Shown here piece by piece: positions 1 to 10,652 of a DNA stretch of 32,000 nt; within the stretch, counting starts at the first letter, position 1; the number at the start of each line of letters is the position of its first letter. Under the pieces are notes generated by a model. It ran no database searches. It was not told the DNA's origin and saw nothing but the letters and a program-made list of their open reading frames with translations. The translations under genes and the position numbers were made by a program. The stretch is from Wallemia ichthyophaga EXF-994. Lineage: Eukaryota; Fungi; Basidiomycota. Location: NCBI RefSeq assembly GCF_000400465.1, contig NW_008806275.1, positions 588,156 to 620,155 on the forward strand. Direction: 5' to 3'.

Positions 1-2521
1 AGTAGTCTTATGTGTGGCGCCACTCACTCTTTCCTTCTGCTGCTGCATTCTAATGAATGGGTTTGTAGACTCCTTTTCTTGTGAACTAGCTTGTGGTTGA
101 GGTTGTAGTTGGGGCGGCTGAGGTGAAGGTGGAGCTGGGGCCGGAGCTGGAGGTGCTGGAGCTGCTTGTGGCGATAGAGAGGGTACTGTAGGAGCAGCAG
201 GAGCAGCAGGTATGGAGAGCTGGGGGGATGGGACAGCGCGCGGCACGCTAGCCGGGGTCGGGATAGGAGCTGGTGGAGCAGGAGCAGGAGCAGGTGTCGC
301 CGCCTCTGCAGCCTGTCTAGCATCGCCCTCAGCGCGCAATCTAGCCTGGCGCTCCTTAAATTTCTTCTCCGCTTCTTCTAACTCCTTCTCTTCGTCCTGG
401 AGCGCTTTCATACGCGCCTCCTTAGCTTTCCTGCGCTGCTCCAACAGTTCGTCTTCCGGATCGGCGGGTGGAGCAGGACCAGGAGCAGGTGGTGTTGGGA
501 CGGCAGCTTTGCTCGTCTGCGCACCCGGTGCAGGACGTCTCGAAGGGGGTGGAGGGGGTGGTTTCTTACCAGCGGGCTGACTCTTTTCTGGAGCTGGAGT
601 TGGCTCAGCTGCTTTAGCTGGTTCAGGGGCTGGTGCAGCTTGTGTGGCTGCATTACGCGCGCCCTTCTCCTCCTCCACCCGCCTCAACCTCTCCTGCTCT
701 CTTTTCAACCTAGCCTCGTCCTCCATCTGGGCACGTTCGCCCGCCTCTTTCTTCTCTCGCTCGAGACGTTCCTGCACGCTCTCGGTCTCGCCCGTCGACG
801 TCTCTTCGCCCCCACCCACACCGAGCGCTTTGAGACGCTCCTGAACGCGTTTCTGTGCTTCGTTCTGAATAAAATTCTTGCGCGCCTCGGCTGACATGCC
901 ACGTAAATTCATGCTGCTGTTGCTGTTGCTGCCAGTGGGCTGAGCGGACTGCGCAGGCACGGGAGGTGGGCTCTTGGCTGAGGTGTCAACCTCTTTCGGC
1001 TGAGCTGGGGGTGGTGGTGGTGGTGGTGTCTTGTGTGCCACGCGTGGTGGCTTGTCGTCGTATGTGCTGCGCATGTATCCACGAGCTGGTACACTGTCCC
1101 TTTCACCTTCATATTCTCGATCATAGTCTCGGTCGTAGTCGCGCTCACGCTCACGGCGTCTTGCGTATGGCGAGGAGGACGAACCACGGCGGTAATACTC
1201 GTCGCGCTCTTCTTCCTCGCTATCGCGATACCTCCTATAACGGTCGTTGCGGTGATCCCTATAGCGTACCGCTTCCCTCTCTGTTTCTTTCTTGCGCCCT
1301 TGTGCCCTTTCCATCCGCTTCTCCACTTCAGGTAGTCGCTCATGCATCAAATATAGCAACTCCCTTTCGAGCTGACGTCTCTCCTGGTCTTTCTCGCGCG
1401 AGGGTCTTCCTGAGCCAACGAAATCTAAATCATCTTGCACTCTCCTGATGGAATACTTAAGATCATCCATATCACGCTCCAGTTCATCATCATCTTCGGT
1501 GCGGTGGCCGGAAAGTGTCGTCTCCTTGTCTAGCCTGGCGGAGGTGTTGGCGAGCTCGCGCTTCATGTCTTGTAGATCAGAAGTGGGGGAGTTATCTGAG
1601 TGTCGGACGTTGCGTCTGTCGATATGGCGTGATGAAGACTTGTAAGTAGACGAAGCAGCCTCGTTGTCGTCGTGCTTATAAATCGACGCGTCAGATCTAG
1701 CAGATGGGAATTGAGGGGAAGTGATACGTTGGTGGTTATCGTGTTTGAGAATATCTTTGAGTATGTCTACCTGTAGATTGAGATCTTTGGAAGAAGGAGG
1801 GATGAGTTCATCGGGTAGCTCGTCTGGGATAGGGTTACCATTGAGGCCTGTGATGGTGTAAGCTAAACAGTCAAAGTAAGTTTAAAACGGATAACTCACG
1901 CCTATAAACCAAAGCCATAGCGACGTGGAACTCAGCCAAGTTTAACTTGCCTCTATTCTCAATGTCAGCCAAGTTCCAGATCATCATGAGGTCATCGGAA
2001 GCCAGACCAGATTGACCAAAGACGTCTCTAGCCTGGTCACCCGAAATGAAGCCTGTTGAATGAGAATCCCAGGCTTTAAAAATTTGGTCATAGTTGCGCT
2101 TCTCGTCGCGAGACAATTTCCAGGGAATCTTGGGTGGAGCGGGAGCGTGCTGGAATGATTGGGGGAGGCTGTTTCCAAAGGGACTAGCATTAGGGAGAAG
2201 GGATTGGGTCATCATATTAAGCTGATTGTAAGATTGGGGAGATTGCCAACCAGTTGGCTGCGGTTGGAGAAAGCTGGAAGATTGCTGGGGCTGGGGCTGT
2301 GGCTGAATAAAAGAGGTTTGCTGGGGCTGTAGAGGGTAGCCAGTGGGCTGTGGTCTTTGAAAGCCAGTAGGCTGTGGCTGTTGCCAGCCAGTGGGTTGAG
2401 GCTGCTGCCAGCCGGTTTGTTGAGATTGTAGGGGAGATGGCTGAGATGGCTGCTGCCAACCAGTCAAATACGGCGTCTGCGTCGGTGGCGGTGGGTATCC
2501 CGAATTGAAATTATTGTTCAT
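1..2521 (-). CDS. PAN1: Pan1/Cin1-like endocytic scaffold (EH domain, QPTG repeats, coiled coil, Pro-rich region, NPF motif); 3' end lies outside the window
   Basis: ATG at 2521. QPTG/QQTG repeats precede an EH domain (PWKLSRDEKRNYDQIFKAWD...LNLAEFHVAMALVYRR|LNGNPIPDELPDELIPP) that is completed across intron 1899..1848 (GTGAGT..ACAG, 52 nt). The frame then stays open to position 28 through R/E-rich coiled-coil and Pro/Ala-rich segments and STNPFIR. A probable next donor (GTGAGT) starts at 27. Confidence 0.85.
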
Positions 2522-2562
2522 GATGATGGTCGTGTGCTGTTAGTGCTCCACCACCAACAAAA

Positions 2563-4870
2563 ATGGAGATTGACAAGGAAAATAAAATGGGAATAAAGCG
2601 TAAAGGTTAGTGGTTGTGCTTTTAGGCTGGTAGATCTTTATTGAATACCCTTAGACACGTCTAACGCGACAATAACGCCAAACAAGAAGCAAAAGAGATC
2701 AATTATAGAGTACAAGAATAAGCTTGTTTTTAAGCAGAAACCTTTAAATCTTAGTAAGAATACAAAAACATTACAATCACTCCTAGATTTCCATCAATTC
2801 CTTTCGAGCTTAAATGATAATCTTAATCAAATACCTTCAAATCACTTGCAATTAATCTCAATTCTAACACATGAATCTGACAAACAACTCAATGACCTCA
2901 TTAAACATGTTAAATCTCAAATTAAACCTTCAAATTTCAAGTTTGATATCACCCAATCTGCTTTACAATCTGCAATAAAAGAGGTTGCTCAATTCAAGAA
3001 TTATGGTTTAGAGGGCGATGACCTACCAAACACTTTAAAGCTCTTCAAATGGGAAGTTAACAACCTCGATCACCTTCCCCTTGACTCTCTCGATTCACTT
3101 AAACAAAGACGTTTTGATAGAGAGTTTTCTCAGCAAAAGCTGTTCGAGTCAATTGAAGGTGTCGATAGATGTGATCTAGAAACTTTCTTATCGCATGCTG
3201 CTTCTGTCCCGACTCCAGCTCTCGACAGATCCAAGAAAGAAGACGAAAAGCGTAGGAAGGATGAGGAGAAAGCCGAGGACAAGCGTAAAAAAGACGAGGA
3301 GAAGCAGCGCAAAGAAGCTGAGAAGCAAGAAGAAAAGCAGCGTAAAGAAGACGAGAAGCAAGACGAAAAGCAGCGCAAAGAAGACGAGAAACAGAAAAAG
3401 GAAGATGAGAAGAATGACAAGATAGCAGCCGCTAATCAGAAGAAAGAAAAACAGTCAAGCGCATTTAAAGGGTTCTTCAGTAAAGTCGCTACACCCAAAA
3501 AGCACCTGTCTCCATCTAAAGATGTTTCAGATTTTCACAAGACATTCAAACCATTCCATCTCAAACAAGGTTTTGAAATGGCACCAATCAACGCCTTCAA
3601 CCCAGCTCAATTTGATGATTTATGGGATACTATCAACAAAGCAACACCAGATGACATAACACTCTCATCTTCTCTATCAGAAATACCTAAATGGAAAATA
3701 ATAAAAAAGAATCCAGCTGTTGCCAGCAAACACGTTCCATCCAACACCAAGATAGCACCTCCAGTAGATTTGAGACTGATCATGCAACAGCTATCAGAAG
3801 CAGAGGTAGGCGGCGATGAGGACCAAACAACCGACATACTTGAATCCTTCAAAACAAGATTCAGGGGTAAAGTCAAGCACAAGCTTCTCGAGTATCACGA
3901 AGACTATAGACCTGGCTGGTGGGGGACGTGCACCAAGTCATCTTCGACAATTGGTCCACGTCGGCCACTAGCTAAAGATGCACTACAATTTGACTACACT
4001 TATGACTCTGAAGTGGAGTGGGGTGAGGAGGAGCAAGACGAAAAGGGCGAAGAGATTCAATCTCAGCCTGGTTCTGACGATGAGAAGGACAAGGACAACG
4101 ACTCAGATGCTGACAGCTGGCTTGTTAGCGATACTGAAGATGTTGGATTAGAGGGTGTTGATCTCGATAATGTCGACAATGTTGATAGTGTCAATAGTCT
4201 CAATATACCACCAGACCTCAAAACTGATGATCCTATTGATAATGCTATCGCGGCAGAGAAGCGCAACGAGCGTGCGAAAGCCAAGAAGAAGAACAAGTCG
4301 AAAAAACCGAACCAGCCATCTAAACCTTATATTAGTGGGTTGAAGTGGGAGTCTGAGGATGGTCAGATAACATATCCGCCGTTCATGACATACCAGATAA
4401 GGTTCTTTAATGGTGTGTGGGAGTATTTGATAAATGAATAAACTGACACGTGATCAGATGCACAAGTATCGGTGAATCCAAAAGAGTTTGTTAGTCAGTT
4501 CAAGCCAACATTGGTGACGCAACAACAACAACAACAACAACAACAGCCGATGCAAGCAGAATCAAGCGCAACAGGAGAAAAAGTCGACGGCGACTCGAAA
4601 ACACCCTCGAAAGAAACATCAACAACGCAAGGGAAAATAACGAGTATACCAGAGACACATATCCAATTGTTTGCATCTGTAGTGGAAAATTCAACAAAAT
4701 CGCGTATATTGCTAGTAGAGGAGCTGCGTCAGAAGTTCAGTGAGGTGCATAATGGGCCAAAGATTCCCAAGACGGCGATAGAGTCTATGTTAACGACAAA
4801 TGCGCGAAGAGAAGGCAAGAAAGTCAACTCGCTTTGGCATGTAACAGATAATATAAAACATGACGTGTAA
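2563..4870 (+). CDS. RLF2: Chromatin assembly factor 1 large subunit (Cac1/Rlf2/CHAF1A), about 737 aa
   Basis: Exons 2563-2605, 2655-4412, 4458-4870 (introns of 49 and 45 nt, frame preserved). K/E/R-rich coiled coil. CAF1A motif KHKLLEYHEDYRPGWWGTCTKSSSTIGPRRPL..DYTYDSEVEWGEEE followed by an acidic ED tract. C-terminal winged-helix-like segment. Confidence 0.9.
3235..3420 (+). repeat. Imperfect coding repeats of the CAF-1 KER region (EKQRKEDEK-like units)
   Basis: Recurrent AAGACGAAAAGCAGCGCAAAG-like units encoding KEDEKRRK/EKQRKEAEK/EKQRKEDEK. Confidence 0.75.
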
Positions 4871-4952
4871 ACATGCAAAAAGATAAATTGAAGCTATTTA
4901 TTAGGTTTTCAGCTCTCACTTGAACTGAACTCAACTAATAACGCATATAGCC

Positions 4953-5241
4953 ATGGATGCGAGCGGTGTGTTTGGGAATGATTATATAACCAACAAGGAG
5001 ACCTTGCTGGATTTCGACGAGAAGGAGAGCACTACTACGATAATGCTCCCGAGTACAAGCCAAGGCATCGATAAGGATAGGCCAAAGTTGGTGAATCCAA
5101 ATGAGGAGCTTGGGAGTGAGTCGGCTTGGATTTGCTGTGAAACAAGATTAATGACGCTAATTTCTCATTGCAGATGAAGAAGTACTCAAGCCACACCTCA
5201 AGGATTTACTGAGAGTGATGCTAATCGCAAACGTAGAATGA
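4953..5241 (+). CDS. Small hypothetical protein, 76 aa, spliced, family not recognised
   Basis: ATG in good context (GCCATGG). Canonical intron 5116..5173 (GTGAGT..GCTAAT..TGCAG, 58 nt). Spliced product MDASGVFGNDYITNKETLLDFDEKESTTTIMLPSTSQGIDKDRPKLVNPNEELGNEEVLKPHLKDLLRVMLIANVE*. Confidence 0.45.
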
Positions 5242-5559
5242 TGAAATATCTATACCAATCAGCGTGTAATTCACATGTACACAAATACCTTTTGTATAAT
5301 TGGGATATTGCGCTAGAGATGGGACTGGGAATTGGACACACCAACGAGTCGCGTACTCACAATACTATCCATACACACCTAAATCCCACGCATTCAAGCC
5401 GATCCGATAAAAGCGAAGAGAGTCAGACAGGCTGCGCATCTGGCAATGACGATTGTATGTCTAAGTCGAAGTGGTCACGAGGTTTGATCTGTGGGATATT
5501 TAAAGGGAGACACTTTGGCATACGACAATCAACTCAACTAGTACAAACATAATCATATA

Positions 5560-5859
5560 ATGTCAGAGTGAGTATTCGTATGTATCCACTACACCCCCCA
5601 CTCACACCCAATCTCCAGACCAGCAAGACGCGATTTTCTCGACCAAACAAGGTCCACCATGAAGCCAGACTCGCAAAAGACTTACACAGAATCAGCTTCT
5701 GATAACGTCAAGTCCATGTCTGACAATGTTGCATCGAAAATGCAGCCAGAGGATGACAAGTCCATGCCACAACAAGCTCACGATTCTATGACCGAGGGCG
5801 CCGACACTAAGAGACGTGGATCACTAATGGACAAATTGCAAAACGCATTCCAGAAGTGA
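5560..5859 (+). CDS. HSP12: Heat-shock protein 9/12 family (Hsp12/Hsp9), 82 aa
   Basis: Exons 5560-5567 and 5619-5859 (51-nt intron GTGAGT..CTCAC..CCAG). MSEPARRDFLDQTRSTMKPDSQKTYTESASDNVKSMSDNVASKMQPEDDKS parallels the yeast Hsp12 pattern MSDAGRK..LKPDSQKSY.E..K...D..A..VQPEDNK. Confidence 0.88.
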
Positions 5860-6142
5860 ACACATTCCACATAACATAAATGTACGACATGCCACCACTC
5901 CAGTTTAACGACTACGAATACGAATAAGAATTTTAAGAATTTTAAGAATTGTAATTGAATTGACATACGTCTAATGTGGAAACTTTTTATATCATTTTGT
6001 CTATCTTTGTTAGAAGTTTGAGTTAAAAGTAATGAGAAGTAAAAACTCAGGATATGAGGAAGTGTAAGAGGTAAAAGTTGAAGATATTGAATGGGTATGA
6101 TAACTTTGTGCTTGGTTAGTAACACTAGCAGTACTAGCCACA

Positions 6143-7357
6143 TCAGCAAATAGGCTTGAACGTCATTATTTCTTCGAATAATAGTTCTATGAGATCTGTC
6201 AGTTTGCTCACCTAAAATGCTCATAACCTACGTTTTAACTCTTCCTTTGAAATAACGTCTTTGCGATGATCAAATTCGAAGAAAGATGCATCTAGTGGTG
6301 GTGCCGATGGTTCGTCCTCTGGGTCATGATATGCAGATAAATAAGGATGTGAGAGGCATTCCTCAACAGACATTCTAGATTTGGGGCTGAAAGTAAGAGT
6401 CTTTGCTAAAAAGTCAACAGCTTCTGGGCTGGCGTCTGGGAAAAGTTGGCTGAATGATCTCTTCTTTCTAAAAGGCAAAGCTCTGATATAATCTCTGGAG
6501 CGTCTAGAGCTGATTGCATAGAATTCATCGAGCGTTGGTGTACCAAGGACATCCAAAATCAGTGTCAACTGGTGATGATAGTCTCTACCAGGGAATAATG
6601 GTCTACCAGAGAGCATTTCGGCGAGGATGCAACCTACGCTCCAAATGTCAATAGCGGAGGTATATTGCTTGAAAGTAAGCATAATTTCAGGAGCTCTGTA
6701 CCATCTCGTAGCGACATACTCCGTCATGAAACCCGTCTCACAGCCAGGCTCAGCCGTTTGTGTCGACCTAGCCAAACCAAAGTCACAGACCTTGAGATCG
6801 CAATTTGCGTTGAGAAGCAGGTTCGATGGTTTGAGGTCTCTGTGGATAACATCAGCGCTGTGCATAGCCTTGAGAGCTCTACAGGTTTGATAAACAAAAT
6901 ACTGAGCGTGATCGTCGCTCAAGTCCTGAGTTCTGATTACTCTATGTAAATCCGTTTCCATCAGTTCTTGAATGAGGTAGACTTCTTTGAAATTTGGATA
7001 ATCCTTTGGCTTTATCATGTCTAAAACAGAAATTATATTCTCAGAGACATTTTGCTGCTGGAAGTATTTGAGCAGCTTAAGTTCTCTAAGCGTACGCAGG
7101 AGGAACATCTGATGCATCAATGGCTCAATCTTCTTGATGGCTACTTTATGGCCGCTCGGGCGGTGTATAGCAGAGCAAACAACGCCGTAAGCGCCTTCGC
7201 CGATGACATCCAGCCTGAGAGTAGATGAGTTGCGTGTAAATGAATATAAATCCACTCACACTTGGTATTTAGTCCCAACGCTGAATTTAATTCTTCTTTG
7301 CTGCGATTGCTGCTGCTGTAGTTGCTGCTGGCTTTGGCTTTGTTGGGTGGTGGCCAT
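6143..7357 (-). CDS. Fus3/Kss1 (ERK-type, TEY) MAP kinase, about 374 aa
   Basis: Exons 7357-7260, 7214-6232, 6186-6143 (two 45-nt introns). Motifs GEGAYG, VAIKK, HRDLKPSN, DFG, TEYVATRWYRAPE. C-terminus KEELKQLLFEEIMTFKPIC*. Confidence 0.95.
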
Positions 7358-7375
7358 TGTTCGGGTGCAACAGCC

Positions 7376-10216
7376 ATGAGCAATTCCCGCAGAGCATATC
7401 ACACAGAAGATATTTATACAAAGCAGGACTTTATCAAAGAAAACGAGGATTCGGATTTCGATAGCTTTAGCCCGTATAATCAGCAGCAACAGCAGCAGCA
7501 GCGAGAGCAGCACCAACGAGAGCAATTCCAGGATGGTGATGTTCCTCTCAATCCATTAACCCAGCGTATTCCACATACCGCTGGTAAAATATTCTCAAAC
7601 CCAATAAAGCCAAAGATCAACCCAGATCTTCTTCCTTCCCCGGTTGACTCTTTGGCGAGCCAGATACAGCAATCAGACGCTAATTTAAACGCTGACTATA
7701 TCCTATCTACATTGGATGTTCACCAGACTTCTCTCCCTTCCGCTTCTATCCCCTTCAACTGCACAGACAACGGCTACTCATCTCCTAACCTACTCCGTTT
7801 ATCCACCTACGCGATACCAGCCACTAATGACCTCGCAAGAAGCTGCCAGCTGCCACTTGGCATGGTTATAAGCCCTTTCAGCGATAGACCCGCGTCCCAG
7901 ATTCCCCAGATTCACTCTTTTTCCAACTCTCAGTCTGGTCCACCACGCTGCACGCTTTGCAGGGCATACGTAAATCCTTCAGTCAAGTTTATAAATGGCG
8001 GTAAATACTGGCAATGTAATTTGTGTTCCACCCACAACGCTGTAGACGACGATTATTTCTCTGCACTCGATCCACACACCTACACACGCTTAGATAGGGA
8101 GCACAGGCCTGAGTTTAACTTTGGCAGCGTTGACTTTGTTCTTCCAAGACCTTACTATGCACTCCAACCCCCTCCACCTATCGGTTTCGAATCTGCCTAC
8201 ACTGAGACACCACGCCCCCCAACCCAACTTTCAAGACTGTTCTTGATAGACGTAGGATTGCAATCACGCCAATCTGGTCTCCTCCACACGCTCTCACTCA
8301 CCATAAAAGACGCGCTCTACTCCTCCCCCACTCCCCTCAACACTCCTTATGTTGGTTTCATTACGTATGACTCTACACTCCACTTCCACGATATGTCAGC
8401 TGAACGTGAGGTGCCATCGCTGATGATAGTCCCTGACACCGACGAGCCCTTCAATCCGCTAGCAAGAGGACTCATAGTCGATGTGAATGCATCCAAGCAC
8501 AACATCCTCTCATTCCTTGCCAGTCTTCCTACAATGTTCCGTGATACGAACCCACGAGGTTCCATACTAGGTTCAGCGCTGACGGCCGCCATGGATGTCT
8601 TACGGGAGGTAGGTGGCGAGGTGAATGTGTTCCAGTCGCAGCTCCCCACTGACGGACTTGGTGGACTGACTGAGCGCGACCCCGCACCCGGCGGCACGGC
8701 CTCAGTCAGTGAGCGCGACCGTTCTCTTTACACGAGCGCGAGTACCTGGTGGTCGAACCTATCTGAGTCTCTCACGGACGCCGGTGTCGGAGTGAACATG
8801 TTTATGTTCCCCTACAAATACACCGACGTAGGTACTCTCGCCGCCCTCGCGCAGTACACTGGGGGTGAGTCGTACTTCTACCCCAAATTCGATCCGGCGC
8901 GCCACGCGCTCAAGGTGCGGGCGGACCTGACGCGCATTGCTACGCGTGCACTGGGGTATAATGCAAGTGTAAAAATAAGGTGCAGCAAGGGTTTCCACAT
9001 CTCACAGCACCACGGCGCTTTCCTAGACCGCAGCTCAGATCTGACCATGGGGTGCGTGTCGGCCGACAGCTGCATGAGCGCTCTCTTCGCTCACGATGCA
9101 TCCTCCCTCACCAAGGGGTGGGGTACAGTGGCGGCTAATGCGCTGCAGTCCGCCAAAGAGAAGGATGAGAGCGGTGGTCATGGGCAGGCGGATGAGGTGC
9201 ATTTCCAGGTCGCAGTGCTCTATACCGGTGCAGAAGGCGCGAGGAAGGTACGCGTACTTAATACCATGGCTAAATTGTCAGATGTAGCTGCAACCGTCTT
9301 TCGTCATGCCGATGTGGATGCCGGGGCTGTACTTCTGTACAAACAGGCTGCCGCTCACGTCATTAGTCGCCCCCTCGGCAGTATTCGCGATAAACTCATC
9401 GATCGCTCTGTGCAGGTGCTCGTGGCTTATCGCAAGCACTGCGCTCAGTCGAACAAAGGCGGTCAGGTGGGTTTGTCGCTTTCTTAGTTGATTAATCTAA
9501 TTTGTTGCCTTCTTCCTCCTACAGCTCATCCTGCCAGAAAGCTACAAACAATTTCCAATTCTTACACTTGGGATGATTAAATCTAAGTGCTTGAAAGGTG
9601 GCGCGGTGGCTTCGGATGTGCGCTCACATGCTATTCGACAAACTCTGAGTGGTACACCCTATAAACTGCTCCAAGCTATGTATCCTCGTGTTCATCCTCT
9701 TCATAAAGGGGTCGAGAGTGTGCCAGAATTCATCCGCGCAAGCTACAAGCGCCTAGAACTTCATGGAGCATATCTGATTCGTAGGTGGTATGAAGAAAAA
9801 CGACGTCATCTTAACTCAGCAACCCAGATAACGGTGAATTAGCAATCATATGGCTCGGTAATCATGTCGATAAGCAGATTGTCAAAGAAATATGGAATGT
9901 CGAATCCAAATCACAGATAGATCAACGATTGGGAGTATTACCTGATTTAGACACACCACTCTCTATAGCATTGCGCTCAGTCATCTACAGAGCTTCATAT
10001 CCTAACCCACCATCATCGATACCCGTCTTGATCGCTAGGCAGGATGTGGATCCTACTGAAATTGAAGTTGGAAATATGTTGATAGAGGATGATAATAATG
10101 ATGGCATGTCTTATGTGGATCATATTTGCCATATCCACAAACTCATCAATACACAACTTCTCGGTGAAACTCGTATGGCTGATGCTGCCGATGCGGCAAC
10201 ATGGCGTACTTGGTGA
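7376..10216 (+). CDS. SEC24: COPII coat subunit Sec24, Sec24C/D (Sfb3/Lst1)-type, about 911 aa
   Basis: Exons 7376-9466, 9525-9780, 9828-10216. Zinc finger PPRCTLCRAYVNP..WQCNLC, vWA trunk, beta-sandwich, helical domain GQ|LILPESYK, gelsolin-like C-terminus. GYNASVKIRCSKG fits the Sfb3/Sec24C subtype better than Sec24p. Confidence 0.93.
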
Positions 10217-10351
10217 GGTCGGTATATTTTGTCCAATTTTCACTTTACTCCGAAAATAAATGCTTTTGCACAGAATGCACTGCAAATAATGAAAGTATAA
10301 ATGAATTTACAACGAAGGGATAGGTATACATAGCAACGGAAATACTCGCCA

Positions 10352-10371
10352 GTGTGTGTGTGTGTGTGTGT
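10352..10371. repeat. (GT)10 microsatellite in the convergent SEC24/RAS1 3' region
   Basis: Directly visible GT dinucleotide run. Confidence 0.9.
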
Positions 10372-10652
10372 TGATTGATTGTGTGGTGTTGGTTGTGAAA
10401 CATTGTGAGCATCATCGTGAAAGATTTCAAAGTGTAAAGGTTAATGAAGAGCCCGAGAAAAATAAGCATTGGAGTGTGTGTTCCAACCCTTTGATTAACG
10501 TCTTTTTGAAGGCATAAGATAAGACAGAAGTGAGTAAAACTTTGTAAAAAGAGCTAGTGTAGGATAAGTGAGCCAAAGAATAAGTTGCAGGATGATTTTG
10601 TTTAGGAATATCGGACTTGTTTCTTGTGTTGTTTGTTTTCATGTTTTGTTGA

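Noticed and set aside
212-1645. Several plus-strand ORFs (212-580, 640-894, 966-1448, 1033-1335, 1448-1645) and off-frame minus ORFs
   Set aside because: Antisense or alternate-frame shadows of the GC-rich, low-complexity PAN1 exon, which has one continuous frame.
4951-5070. GCERCVWE resembling the oxidoreductase-like (CCxSGCxxCVW) domain
   Set aside because: An in-frame TGA follows immediately and there is no upstream PxxxxCC motif or suitable start; a frameshift would be required. Treated as coincidence unless reads show an indel.
5238-5552. 104-aa plus ORF and intron-like motifs on the minus strand upstream of HSP12
   Set aside because: No recognisable protein features, no consistent exon chain, and it occupies the expected HSP12 promoter.
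5778-6224. 148-aa hydrophobic minus ORF
   Set aside because: It spans the MAPK last intron and exon in another frame plus AT-rich 3' UTR (including a TAAGAATT triple repeat) and overlaps HSP12 antisense; the composition reflects AT-rich DNA.
7322-7375. Signal-peptide-like N-terminus MLLALALLGGG on the SEC24 ORF
   Set aside because: It starts at a non-ATG codon and is the antisense of the MAPK poly-Gln start; Sec24 is cytosolic.
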